61,203 nucleotides of DNA from positions 1 through 61,203 of the forward strand of contig JADFPE010000004.1 in NCBI GenBank assembly GCA_022562495.1, written 5' to 3'. Both the position numbers and the translations under genes were made by a program. Every line of letters starts with the position of its first letter. The stretch's first letter is position 1. Positions 22,782-32,376 of the stretch are shown here, piece after piece. The notes below the pieces were generated by a model. That model did not search any database and was not told where the DNA came from. It saw only the letters and a list, made by a program, of their open reading frames with translations. This DNA comes from Acidobacteriota bacterium. GTDB taxonomy: Bacteria > Acidobacteriota > Vicinamibacteria > Vicinamibacterales > UBA8438.

Positions 22782-22958
22782 CCCGCGGTGAAAGCCCAGC
22801 TCCATGCGACCGGCGTTGCATCCCGGCTGCCTGCGTTGCTCCTTGGTCACATACTGCCGGTATCTTCCCTCGTCACGCCTTGCCGGGGCCCGGCGCGGCG
22901 TCGATCTCGACGACCCTCGGTGCCACGCTGGGCTTTCACCACGGGCTATTGCCACTAG
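22782..22958. mobile_element. Degenerate copy of the about 165-bp CTAG-ended MITE
   Basis: GGTGAAAGCCC...GGCTTTCACCACGGGCT ends; internal similarity to 49211-49376 and 60765-60930. Confidence 0.75.
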
Positions 22959-24196
22959 GGCCGTGGATGGCCGATGCGATACAGGTGATCGTGGGTGCGG
23001 ATGAACAGCGAGCCGTTGGCGACCGCCATCGAGGCGAGGATGACGCCGTCGAGCCGGTTGATCGCGAGCTCGCGATACTCGGTGCCGGGCGCGACGACGG
23101 TAGTCACCCCTTCCTCGCTCTGGAAGTAGATACGTCCGTCGGCGAACACCGGTGACGCGGAGAAGTTGCCACCCAGACGTTCCCGCCAGTGCGTCTCGCC
23201 GGTCCGGGCGTCGAGACAGGTCGCCACGCCCAGATCGCTGACGATGTAGAGCTCGTCCCCGACCAGCAGCGGTGACGACGTCAACGGCACGCCCCGCCGC
23301 AGCGTCCAGGCGGTGTGGGTGGCGGTCACGTCGCCGTGGCCGTCGGCAAGCACGGCGAGCAGTGACGGCACCTGGAACCCGGTCGCGACATAGACCATCC
23401 CGTGACCAAAGACCGGCGCCGGCACATTGGAGAAGCCGTCGCCGTAGGAGACCTCCCAGATCTCCTCCCCCGACTCCGGGTCGTACGCGGTGGCCCGAAA
23501 CGCGCCGATGCTGAAGAGCTGGTCACGGTCTCCGACCCGGATGACCAGGGGTGTCGAGTAGGCCTGCGAGATCGGCTGGCGACGCGGGGTGCGCCACCGC
23601 TCCTCGCCGGTCGCGGCATCGAGCGCCACGACAAAGGCGGTGTCGTAGCCGTCGACACTGAGGATCAGCCGGTCACGATACAGCACCGGCGACCCGCCGT
23701 TGCCGTGCTGGGTCACATACGGGAAACGGGTGATCCAGACGACCTCGCCGGCGGTGGTCAACGCAGCCGTGCCGTCGGCGCCGAAGTGAACATACACGCG
23801 GTCGCTCTCGACATCGATGACCGGCGTCGGCGACGCGAGACTGTTCTTGGGGTTCGGAGAGGCAGTCTGGTCGATCCTGATCACCTCGGTGTCGAGCAGC
23901 TCCCGGCCGGTCTCGACATCATACGCGAGGAGCCGCAACGAGCCGGCGCCGTCGTCGGTGGCAGTCGTCAGCCAGATACGCCCATCCGCCACCACCGGTG
24001 ACGACCAGCCGCGACCCGGGACCTGGGTTTTCCAGACGACGTTGGTCGATTCGCTCCACTCGAGCGGCAGCCCGCGTTCGGACGAGTGCCCCTGCCCGGT
24101 CGGGCCACGAAACGCCGGCCAGTCCTGAGCGTGCACCGCCAGACCGGTCAGCGTCACCACCGCAAGCACGACCGCCAGTCGTTGCATTGATGTCAT
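22955..24196 (-). CDS. Secreted PQQ-binding-like beta-propeller protein (BamB-like)
   Basis: DWPAFRGPTGQG, LPLEWSE...NVVWKT, GWSSPVV, ASPTPV and FSASPVFADG. Confidence 0.9.
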   Translation of the reverse strand: MTSMQRLAVVLAVVTLTGLAVHAQDWPAFRGPTGQGHSSERGLPLEWSESTNVVWKTQVPGRGWSSPVVADGRIWLTTATDDGAGSLRLLAYDVETGRELLDTEVIRIDQTASPNPKNSLASPTPVIDVESDRVYVHFGADGTAALTTAGEVVWITRFPYVTQHGNGGSPVLYRDRLILSVDGYDTAFVVALDAATGEERWRTPRRQPISQAYSTPLVIRVGDRDQLFSIGAFRATAYDPESGEEIWEVSYGDGFSNVPAPVFGHGMVYVATGFQVPSLLAVLADGHGDVTATHTAWTLRRGVPLTSSPLLVGDELYIVSDLGVATCLDARTGETHWRERLGGNFSASPVFADGRIYFQSEEGVTTVVAPGTEYRELAINRLDGVILASMAVANGSLFIRTHDHLYRIGHPRP

Positions 24197-24203
24197 TCTA
24201 ATC

Positions 24204-24228
24204 GAACCTTTCCTGGCGTCCTGCGTTC
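24204..24228 (+). promoter_or_regulatory. Putative ECF-sigma autoregulatory promoter GAAC-N16-CGTTC
   Basis: AAC-N16-CGT spacing typical of ECF promoters, about 55 bp upstream of the ECF gene. Confidence 0.55.
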
Positions 24229-24279
24229 TTCTACTACAGAGGGAAGACGGTGGCAGACCACCGGGTCCACGCACGGTAG

Positions 24280-24858
24280 ATGGCAGCTGATGTCGCGGCA
24301 CTCGTCGAACGGTGTCGCCAGGGAGACGACCTGGCGTGGGAGCGGCTCGTCCGGAGCTGCCAGGGACGGGTCTACGCGCTGGCGTATCACTACCTCGGCG
24401 GCGTCGAGCAGGCCCGCGATCTGACACAAGAGGTGTTCGTGCGTGTCTATCAGCAGCTCGGGACCTACAAGGGTGACGGATTCATGGCGTGGCTGCTGCG
24501 CATCACCCGCAATCTGTGCATCGACCAGATGCGCCGTCAGCGGGCCCGTCCCCCGGCCGAGGACCTGGTGGCCGAGGACAACGAGTGGGCACTGCCGGAC
24601 ACGGCGCCGGATCCGGAGCAGTCGTGGCTGCGGGACGGCAAGAAACGGTTGGTCTACGACGCGCTCCGGCGCCTGAATGGACCGAGCCGGGAAATGATTC
24701 TGCTCAAGGAGATCCAGGGGCTCCAGCTCAAGGAGATCGCCGAGATGCTGGGGGTGCCGATCGGCACGGTCAAGTCGCGTTCGAACCGCGCCCGCGTCGA
24801 GCTCGCACGGCAGGTGATCGCGATCGACCCGTCCTATGCCAACCAGGCGGAATCGTAG
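24280..24858 (+). CDS. ECF RNA polymerase sigma factor
   Basis: ARDLTQEVFVRVY, WLLRITRNLCID and EIAEMLGVPIGTVKSR. Confidence 0.95.
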   Translation: MAADVAALVERCRQGDDLAWERLVRSCQGRVYALAYHYLGGVEQARDLTQEVFVRVYQQLGTYKGDGFMAWLLRITRNLCIDQMRRQRARPPAEDLVAEDNEWALPDTAPDPEQSWLRDGKKRLVYDALRRLNGPSREMILLKEIQGLQLKEIAEMLGVPIGTVKSRSNRARVELARQVIAIDPSYANQAES

Positions 24859-24868
24859 GGATGACGTG

Positions 24869-25819
24869 ATGGAGTGCACGCAGTTCAGCGACCGGCTCGA
24901 GGCGTTGCTCGACGGCACGCTGCCGGCCGGGGAGCAGACACGGGCAGAGGCGCACGCCGCCGCGTGCCCCCGGTGCCGCGAGCTCTACACGCTGATGCGC
25001 GGGGAGCTCGAGCGCCCGGTCGAGACACCCGGGGGTCTGACCGAGTCGATTCTGGCGCGCACCAGCGGACGAGCCTGCCCACGCGCCCAGACGCTGCTGG
25101 GCGACCATGTCGACGGCACCCTCGGAGGGCTGGACCGCGAGCTGGTCGACGCCCATCTGCAGCGGTGTGACGAGTGTGCCGCACTTGCGCGCGTGCTCAA
25201 CCGTCTCGGCGAGGATTTGCCGGTGTTCGCCGAGCTGCGCCCCGATGCGGCGCTCGTCGACGACGTGCTGGCCCGGACTGTGCGCCCGGCCCGGTGGTCA
25301 GCCGTGTGGAACCGGATGCAGGATACGGCCCGCCAATGCTTCGCGCGGCCCCGGATTGCCTGGGAGGCCGGCTACGTGACGGCGATGGTCGTCTGGCTGG
25401 TGTTCGGCGCCTCGTGGTCGCCGCTGCGGGCAGCGCCGGTGCAGGCGCTGGCCCTCATGCAGCAGCGCGCGATCGACACGCGGGCGGCGGGCGCCAGCGC
25501 GATGACGGCGGTCAACCGACGCGTCGCCGCAGTGCGCCAGCGGACCATCGAGGTGACGGTGATCGGGGCCGACCGCGTCACCAGCGGGTTCTTCGCCGGT
25601 CTCTCCGACCGATATCGACACGCCGCCGAGCTGGCGCCCGATCTGGACCGGCACTGGCGGCAGTTCGCGGCGGCGGTGCTGGACCGCGACCTCTTCAGCG
25701 GCGTCGACGCACTGCGTTCACTGAGCCGGGATGCCGGAGCCATGTTGAACCGGCTGCTGTTCTCCCCGGTGACGACACCGGATTCCGGGTCAGTACCCGA
25801 GCAAAGGAGCACACCATGA
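24869..25819 (+). CDS. Membrane anti-sigma factor with two zf-HC2 (ZAS) motifs
   Basis: C...HAAACPRC and C...HLQRCDEC, then a TM segment; directly after the ECF gene. Confidence 0.85.
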   Translation: MECTQFSDRLEALLDGTLPAGEQTRAEAHAAACPRCRELYTLMRGELERPVETPGGLTESILARTSGRACPRAQTLLGDHVDGTLGGLDRELVDAHLQRCDECAALARVLNRLGEDLPVFAELRPDAALVDDVLARTVRPARWSAVWNRMQDTARQCFARPRIAWEAGYVTAMVVWLVFGASWSPLRAAPVQALALMQQRAIDTRAAGASAMTAVNRRVAAVRQRTIEVTVIGADRVTSGFFAGLSDRYRHAAELAPDLDRHWRQFAAAVLDRDLFSGVDALRSLSRDAGAMLNRLLFSPVTTPDSGSVPEQRSTP

Positions 25820-26505
25820 ACGGTTCCCAGGAACATCCCGACGTCCCGATGCAACCGCAGACACCACCCGCGGCACCCCCTCCTCCGCCGACGCAGGCCG
25901 CGCCGCCGCTGCCAGTCGCGAGCCCCGCGGTTTCCGGCGCCGCTGCCGGCCGGGTGCAGGGGCTGCAACACAAGACCCCCTTCATCGCGTGTGCGTTGTC
26001 GCTCATGCCCGGTGTCGGCCAGATCTACGTCGGGTACTACAAGCTCGGCTTCATCCACAACATCGTGTTCGCCTCCACAATCATGCTCCTCACGACCCGC
26101 CTCCCCGACCCGATGTATCCTCTGCTGGGCATCTTCCTGGCCTTTTTCTTCATCTACAACGTCGTCGACGCGGGCCGGCGGGCCATCTATTACAACCTCG
26201 CCCTCGACGGTGTGGAGGGTATCGAGCTGCCCAGCATGAATCTCTCGGTACCGAGCTTCGGCGGCTCGTTCGCCGGCGGTCTGACGCTGATGGGGGTCGG
26301 GGTCGTCCTCTTGTCGAACACCAGGTTCGGTGTCTCCCTCGACTGGATCGAGGAGTGGTGGCCCGCGGCCCCGATCCTGCTCGGCGCCTACCTGCTGGGG
26401 AAGGCGATCCAGGACCGCAGGAGCGGAGCGCCGTCCGCGGCGGGCACGGCCGACGGGGGGCCGCCTACCGACAGCCACGATTTCGACTCCTCCTCCCTCG
26501 TCTGA
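25816..26505 (+). CDS. Membrane protein (TM2-like plus LiaF/DUF5668-like segments)
   Basis: AGGAG RBS, ATGA overlap, KTPFIACALSLMPGVGQIYVG and WWPAAPILLG. Confidence 0.8.
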   Translation: MNGSQEHPDVPMQPQTPPAAPPPPPTQAAPPLPVASPAVSGAAAGRVQGLQHKTPFIACALSLMPGVGQIYVGYYKLGFIHNIVFASTIMLLTTRLPDPMYPLLGIFLAFFFIYNVVDAGRRAIYYNLALDGVEGIELPSMNLSVPSFGGSFAGGLTLMGVGVVLLSNTRFGVSLDWIEEWWPAAPILLGAYLLGKAIQDRRSGAPSAAGTADGGPPTDSHDFDSSSLV

Positions 26506-26528
26506 CCGGCGGCCCTGCGGGTCGCGGC

Positions 26529-26556
26529 ACATGACGTACACTGTTGTACGTCGTGT
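26529..26556. promoter_or_regulatory. Palindrome ACATGACGTACA-ctgt-TGTACGTCGTGT (terminator-like hairpin or operator)
   Basis: 12-bp arms with one mismatch, between the ECF operon and hupE. Confidence 0.45.
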
Positions 26557-26562
26557 CTGCCA

Positions 26563-26659
26563 CTAGACTTCTTGAACAACGTGTATCGTGACAATTGAGT
26601 CAAGTTTTGATCCTGTTTTTTTCGCTCTCACCACGACGGCCTCCGTTCAAGGAGTCTAG
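26563..26659. mobile_element. 97-bp MITE-like element with CTAG ends
   Basis: CTAGACTTCTTGAAC ... GTTCAAGGAGTCTAG (14/15 inverted match) around an AT-rich interior. Confidence 0.65.
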
Positions 26660-26678
26660 GCCCCCGCGTAGCCGGGAT

Positions 26679-27434
26679 GTGAGAAAAGCTCGGCTAGCGA
26701 GGCGGAGCCGACCGGGTCGGGACGGTCTGAGGCGGAGCCTCGCTAGACGGTGTCTGCTCGTCCTCGCCCTGGCCGGGGTCGCGGTCATGCTCACCGGGGC
26801 ACCTGCCCACGCCCATCCGATGGACGGCAGCAACGCCGGGTTCGTCCAGTCGGTCGACGGACCGGCGCCTGGGCCGTTCCTGTATCTGGGCGCGAAACAC
26901 ATGGTCACCGGCTACGACCATCTGCTCTTTCTGGTCGGGGTCATCTTCTTCCTCTACCGGTTGAAGGACGTCGTCCTCTACGTCAGCCTGTTCACGCTGG
27001 GACACAGCCTGACGTTGCTGGCTGGCGTGCTCGGCGGTGTCAGCGTGAACGCCTACGTCATCGACGCCATCATCGGGCTGTCGGTCGTCTACAAGGGGTT
27101 CGAGAACATCAACGGCTTCGAGCGGGTGTTCAAGGTCAGACCCAACACGAAGGTCGCGGTCCTGCTGTTCGGGCTGTTCCACGGGCTCGGGCTGGCGACC
27201 AAGCTGCAGGAGTTCATGGTGTCGGAGAACGGGATGGTGACCAACATCCTGAGTTTCAACGTCGGGGTCGAGATTGGCCAGCTTCTCGCGCTGACGGGGG
27301 TTGTCGCGCTGCTGACCGTCTGGCGCACACGCCCCAGCTTCCTCTCATACGCTTTCGGAGCGAATGCCGCACTGATGGTCGGTGGCTTCCTCCTCGCCGG
27401 CGTCCAGATGGTCGGGTTCGTGCTGTTCTCCTGA
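26679..27434 (+). CDS. HupE/UreJ-family membrane protein (putative Ni/Co uptake)
   Basis: AHAH after the signal peptide, LGAKHMVTGYDHLLF, FTLGHSLTL, FGLFHGLG and FNVGVEIGQ. Start uncertain (26679-26787). Confidence 0.88.
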   Translation: MRKARLARRSRPGRDGLRRSLARRCLLVLALAGVAVMLTGAPAHAHPMDGSNAGFVQSVDGPAPGPFLYLGAKHMVTGYDHLLFLVGVIFFLYRLKDVVLYVSLFTLGHSLTLLAGVLGGVSVNAYVIDAIIGLSVVYKGFENINGFERVFKVRPNTKVAVLLFGLFHGLGLATKLQEFMVSENGMVTNILSFNVGVEIGQLLALTGVVALLTVWRTRPSFLSYAFGANAALMVGGFLLAGVQMVGFVLFS

Positions 27435-27437
27435 CAC

Positions 27438-28016
27438 ATGTCCGAGCTGCCCACGCTCCCCTCCCGCCGGAAGGTGCTCGTCGCGACCGGCGTCGCGCTG
27501 CTGACCGCCGCGGCGCTCCTGTTCGGCGCGATCCTGCCGGCCGAGTACGGGATCGACCCACTGGGCACCGGCAGACTGCTCGGGCTGCTCGCGCTGGGAC
27601 AGGCCCAGCCGTTCGCCACCGAGACCGGCGAGTATCGGGTCGACCGTGCCGAGCTCAAGCTATACCCGGCCGAGTGGGTGGAGTACTTCTACCGTCTCGA
27701 CGAGGGCAGCAGCATGGTGTTCACCTGGGACGCGACCGGCCCGGTGACCTACAACTTCCACGCCTCACCCGACGGCGCGCCGGCCGGCTACGCCGAAAGC
27801 TTCGACGCGCAGGAGAAAGCCCAGGGACACGGCACCTATACGGCACCGTTCTCCGGCATCCACGGGTGGTACTGGGAGAACGTCGGCACCGAGGAGATCA
27901 CGCTCACCCTGACGACGGCCGGGTTCTACACCAGCGTCGAGGAGGGACGCGCCCGCGTCGCCGGGTACAAGGACCTCACCGACATCCGCGGCAACAAGGT
28001 ACCGAGTGTCCCGTAG
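27438..28016 (+). CDS. Membrane-anchored partner of HupE/UreJ (hypothetical)
   Basis: LPAEYGIDPLGTG, YNFH and APFSGIHGWYWEN. Confidence 0.8.
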   Translation: MSELPTLPSRRKVLVATGVALLTAAALLFGAILPAEYGIDPLGTGRLLGLLALGQAQPFATETGEYRVDRAELKLYPAEWVEYFYRLDEGSSMVFTWDATGPVTYNFHASPDGAPAGYAESFDAQEKAQGHGTYTAPFSGIHGWYWENVGTEEITLTLTTAGFYTSVEEGRARVAGYKDLTDIRGNKVPSVP

Positions 28017-28167
28017 CGCGCAGGCTGCCGTACTCGTCAGGCTGCTCTGTCTTCAGATTTCTGGCATCGGACTGCAGACGCTCGCTTGGTGAACGGACAG
28101 CACCAGGCAGGTTGCCCTTTCGTCATAGCTGTAGACCAACGACCCACCTTCTGGGGGCGCTCTCCCT

Positions 28168-30630
28168 ATGGACACGCTGCTGCAGGACCTGAAATACGCG
28201 ATCCGCTCACTCCGCCGCAGCCCCGGCTTCACGCTGGCCGCCGTGGCCGCCCTGACGATGGGGATCGGCGCCACCACCGCCATCTTCTCGATCGTCAACA
28301 CGGTGCTGCTGACACCGGCGCCGTTTCCCGAACCGGACCGGATCGTGCTGTTCCAGCTCGCCTCTCCGCAGGGCACGAACCCGGCCGGGTCCCCGGCGAA
28401 ATTCGCTCACTGGGCCCGGCAGACCGATGTAGTCCAGGATGTCGCCGCTTTCAGGAACGGTCTCGTCAACTACACCGGTGGCGACCTGCCCGAACAGCTC
28501 CGGTGGGCGCAGGTGTCGGTCGACTATTTCCGGCTCTTCGGCACGCCGATCGTCCAGGGACGCGTCTTCGCGCCTGAAGAAGATCTGCCCAATGGGCAGC
28601 AGGTGGCGCTCATCAGCGAGCAACTGTGGGAACGGCGTTTCGACCGGGACCCCTCGGTCGTGGGCCGCACTGTCTCGTTGAGCGGCGAACCCTACGTCGT
28701 GGTCGGTGTGGTGGGTGACAGCTTCAACTTCCGGGATTTCGGTCCGGCCCCCGACGTCTGGACGCCGTTTCAGCTGGACCCGAACACGGACTCCCAGGGC
28801 CACTTCTTCCGGGTGGCGGGACGGTTGAAGCCAGGGGTCGCGCTCGCCCAAGCGCAGACCGCCCTGGAGCACTCCACCGAGGCGTATCGGCAGCGATTCC
28901 CAGACGTCCTCGGCGAGGACGGTCTGTTCGGCGTCGTGCCGGTCCGGGACATGCTGGTCCGCAACGTGCGCTCGTTGCTGTGGGTGCTGATGGGCGCAGT
29001 CGGCATCGTGCTGCTGATCGCGTGCTCCAACGTCGCCAACCTGCTGCTCGTGCGTGCCACCGGCCGGAAACAGGAGATCGCCATCCGGACCGCCATCGGC
29101 GCCGGACGGGGACGCATCATCCGGCAGCTCTTGACCGAGAGCGTCCTGCCCTCAGTGGCGGGTGGCGCGCTGGGGCTCGCGCTCGGCGTCACCGGTATCC
29201 GGGCGCTGTTGTCGGTGAACACGGCCGGGTTGCCCCGGATCGGTACCGACGGTGCCCTGGTCGGCGTCGACTGGCGTGTGCTGGTCTTCGCGTTTGTCGT
29301 CTCCTTCGGCACCGGTGTGCTGTTCGGGCTGATCCCCGCGCTGCAAGGCTCGCGCGCCGACCTGAGTGGCACGCTCAAGGAGAGCGGCGGCCGGACCGGG
29401 ACCGGGTTCCGTCAGAACAAGACCCGCGCCGTGCTGGTGGTCAGCGAGGTCGCACTGGCGCTGATCCTGCTGGTGGGCTCGGCGCTGCTGATCCGCAGCT
29501 CGCTGGCGCTGAACGCGGTGGATCCCGGCTTTGACGCCACCAACGTGCTGACGATGAGGATGTCGCTGACCGGACCCCGCTTCGCGACCGCCGCGGGGGT
29601 CGAGCAGCTGCTCCGTGAGGGGCTCGACCGCGTCCGCGCGCTGCCGGGTGTCGAGCACGCCGCCGCCACCTGCTGTGTGCCGTTGCAAGGTGGGTTCGGT
29701 CTGCCGTTCGTCATCGCCGGGCGACCACTCGACGACGGACCGTTCCACGGTGGCGGCGGCTGGACGACGGTGTCGGACGGGTTCTTCGAGGTGTTCCGGA
29801 TCCCGACGCGCCGCGGTCGAGTCTTCACCGAGCGTGACGGCAGCGGGGCACCACCGGTCGTTGTGATCAACGAGACGATGGCTAGCCAGTTCTGGCCCGA
29901 CGGCGACCCGCTGGCCGACCGGATCACGATCGGCCGCGGCCTCATGCCGGCATTCGCCGACGAGCCGGAGCGGCAGATCATTGGCGTCGTGGCCGACATC
30001 CGCGACGGCGGACTCAACACCGACCCGTCCCCCCGGATGTACGTGCCGCAAGCGCAGCTGGCGGACGCCGCGAATGCGATGAACCTCGAGCTGGCGCCGA
30101 TGGGCTGGATCGTCCGGACGCAGACGAGCCCGCAGGCGCTCAGCTCCGCGATACAGGAGGAGCTGCAGCTGGCGAGCGGCCTGCCAGTGTCGGATGTGAG
30201 GACCATGGACGAGGTGGTGTCACGATCCACCTCTCGACAGCGTTTCAACATGTTGCTGATGACAGTGTTCGGTGCGGCGGCGCTGCTGCTGGCGGCGATC
30301 GGGATCTACGGCCTGATGGCGTATTCGGTCGAGCAGCGCACACAGGAGATCGGCATCCGCCTGGCGCTGGGCGCCGAGACCGGTCAGATCTGGACGATGG
30401 TGGTGCTGCAGGGGATGCGGCTGGTCATGGCCGGGGTCGTCATCGGCCTCGCATCCGCCTCGGGGCTGACACGGTTCATCGCGAGCTTCCTTTTCGAGGT
30501 CGAGGCGTGGGACCCGGCGGCGTTCATCACGGTCCCGGTGGTGCTCACCGCCGTGGCGATGGTGGCGGTGATGGTGCCGGCGCATCGCGCCAGCCGGGTC
30601 GACCCGATGGCGGCACTCCGCAACGAATAG
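28168..30630 (+). CDS. ADOP-type duplicated MacB/FtsX ABC permease
   Basis: MDTLLQDLKYAIRSL, LLIACSNVANLLL, RQLLTES, QRTQEIGIRLALGA and RVDPMAALRNE. Confidence 0.95.
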   Translation: MDTLLQDLKYAIRSLRRSPGFTLAAVAALTMGIGATTAIFSIVNTVLLTPAPFPEPDRIVLFQLASPQGTNPAGSPAKFAHWARQTDVVQDVAAFRNGLVNYTGGDLPEQLRWAQVSVDYFRLFGTPIVQGRVFAPEEDLPNGQQVALISEQLWERRFDRDPSVVGRTVSLSGEPYVVVGVVGDSFNFRDFGPAPDVWTPFQLDPNTDSQGHFFRVAGRLKPGVALAQAQTALEHSTEAYRQRFPDVLGEDGLFGVVPVRDMLVRNVRSLLWVLMGAVGIVLLIACSNVANLLLVRATGRKQEIAIRTAIGAGRGRIIRQLLTESVLPSVAGGALGLALGVTGIRALLSVNTAGLPRIGTDGALVGVDWRVLVFAFVVSFGTGVLFGLIPALQGSRADLSGTLKESGGRTGTGFRQNKTRAVLVVSEVALALILLVGSALLIRSSLALNAVDPGFDATNVLTMRMSLTGPRFATAAGVEQLLREGLDRVRALPGVEHAAATCCVPLQGGFGLPFVIAGRPLDDGPFHGGGGWTTVSDGFFEVFRIPTRRGRVFTERDGSGAPPVVVINETMASQFWPDGDPLADRITIGRGLMPAFADEPERQIIGVVADIRDGGLNTDPSPRMYVPQAQLADAANAMNLELAPMGWIVRTQTSPQALSSAIQEELQLASGLPVSDVRTMDEVVSRSTSRQRFNMLLMTVFGAAALLLAAIGIYGLMAYSVEQRTQEIGIRLALGAETGQIWTMVVLQGMRLVMAGVVIGLASASGLTRFIASFLFEVEAWDPAAFITVPVVLTAVAMVAVMVPAHRASRVDPMAALRNE

Positions 30631-30710
30631 CGGGCCGGTGCGCCACCGCACCGTTCCAGGTCGACAGCCGGACGTCTGACGCCTCACGCCCAGTGAGGTG
30701 CGCCGCGCCG

Positions 30711-32372
30711 CTACATGCCGGCCCGCTGCTGCTCGCGGATCGCGCGGAACTCACTGGTCGCGCTCCACTCCGGCCACTCGTCGGTGGCGGCCAGCCGCGC
30801 GCCCATGTGATACAGGAAGGTCAGATCGTCGAGCGCGCCGGACAGATCCCAGTCCGGTTTCACCTCGTCCGAGACCGCGTGGTAGTCGTTGGCGGTGTAC
30901 TCTTCCCGCTTCTCGATCCCGTAGCCGGGCGGCTTGTCCAGGTAGTCGACCCCAGGGTCGGCATAGAAGGCGGGAATTCCCGCTCTGGCAAACGAGAAAT
31001 GGTCCGACCGGTAGTAGAACCCCTTCTCCGGTTCCGGGTCCGGGTTGAGCACGCGCCCGAGCCGGTCGGCGATCTCGCCGGCCACGTCATCGAGCTGAGA
31101 CTGCCCCATGCCGACGACCGTCAGATCGGCGGTGCGACCCCACTGGTTCAGCACATCCATGTTCAATGCCGCCACGGTCTGCGCCGCGGGGTAGAGCGGG
31201 TGCTCGCCGTAGTAGCGTGAGCCGAGCAGCCCCTGTTCCTCGGCGGTCACGGCCAGGAAGAGCACTGACCGACGCGGGGGCTCCCCCTCGGTGAAGGCGC
31301 GCGCCAGCTCGATCAGCCCGGCGGTGCCGGTCGCGTTGTCGGCGGCGCCGTTGTAGATCTGGTCACCGGTCAAACTCTCGTCCTTGCCGAGGTGGTCCCA
31401 GTGCGCCATGTAGATGACCACCTCATCCGGGGCGCCGACACCCGGCAGCCTCGCCACGACGTTCTGCGAATCGATCGTGCGCAGGGTGTTGCGTACCTGC
31501 GTGCGCCCGGTCACACCCAGCGCCACCGGCTGAAAATCGGCGTGCGCCGCCTTGGCCTTCTCGGTCTCGAAGTCGAGCCCGGCCATCTCGAACAGCGACG
31601 CCGCGGCGTCCCGCTGAATCCAGCCCTCGATTGCCGCGCGCCCCATGTTGCGGTCGTCCGACACCAGGTCGAACGACTCGCCATACGGGCTGCTCCCCAC
31701 CACCTCCCAGGGATAGCCGGCGGGACCGGGCTCGTGAATCACGAGCGACCCGGCTGCACCCTTCTCGGCCGCGATCTCGTGCTTGTAGGTCCAGCGCCCG
31801 TAGTAGGTCATCGCCGGCCCGCCGAACAGGTCCTCGCTCGGTGGGTCGTTGACGAGAAAAAGCAGGATCTTGCCGGTGACGTCCACGTCCTTGAAGTCGT
31901 TCCAGTCGTACTCGGGCGCCACCGCGCCATACCCGACGAACACGAACTCGGCGTCCACGTCGACCCGCTCCACGACCCGCTTCGTGTAGGCCACGTAATC
32001 GGCCCCCGGCTCGAGCGTCCGGATGTCGTCTCCGCGGCTCACGGTCAGCGTGTCGCCGGCGGCCGGGGTGATGCCGACCAGCGGCACGTTCTGTACCCAG
32101 GTGCCGTCCGGGTTCCCCGGCGCGAGCCCGAGCGCGCTGAACTGCTCTCTCAGATAGTCGATGGTGCGGGTCTCGCCATCCGACCCCGGCGCGCGCCCCT
32201 CGAATTCGTCCGACGCCAGCCGCTCGATCTCCGCCAGCAGCGTGTCGGCACTGATCCCGGCCGCGACGGCCGGCGCGGCGTCGATGTGCGGGACATCGGC
32301 CGGGGCGTCCGGGGCGCCCTGACAGCCGACGAGCGCGAGCACACCGCACACCATGACGAACTTATGCACCAT
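30711..32372 (-). CDS. M28 family peptidase with PA domain (lipoprotein)
   Basis: LVGC lipobox, ASDEFEGRAPG, AHWDHLG, GAADNATG, AEEQGLLGS, RSDHFSF and YHAVSDE. Confidence 0.93.
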   Translation of the reverse strand: MVHKFVMVCGVLALVGCQGAPDAPADVPHIDAAPAVAAGISADTLLAEIERLASDEFEGRAPGSDGETRTIDYLREQFSALGLAPGNPDGTWVQNVPLVGITPAAGDTLTVSRGDDIRTLEPGADYVAYTKRVVERVDVDAEFVFVGYGAVAPEYDWNDFKDVDVTGKILLFLVNDPPSEDLFGGPAMTYYGRWTYKHEIAAEKGAAGSLVIHEPGPAGYPWEVVGSSPYGESFDLVSDDRNMGRAAIEGWIQRDAAASLFEMAGLDFETEKAKAAHADFQPVALGVTGRTQVRNTLRTIDSQNVVARLPGVGAPDEVVIYMAHWDHLGKDESLTGDQIYNGAADNATGTAGLIELARAFTEGEPPRRSVLFLAVTAEEQGLLGSRYYGEHPLYPAAQTVAALNMDVLNQWGRTADLTVVGMGQSQLDDVAGEIADRLGRVLNPDPEPEKGFYYRSDHFSFARAGIPAFYADPGVDYLDKPPGYGIEKREEYTANDYHAVSDEVKPDWDLSGALDDLTFLYHMGARLAATDEWPEWSATSEFRAIREQQRAGM

Positions 32373-32376
32373 GACC

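Noticed and set aside
26506-26780. Cobalamin riboswitch upstream of hupE/ureJ
   Set aside because: The conserved B12-box elements could not be found; the region is explained by a palindrome and a MITE-like element.
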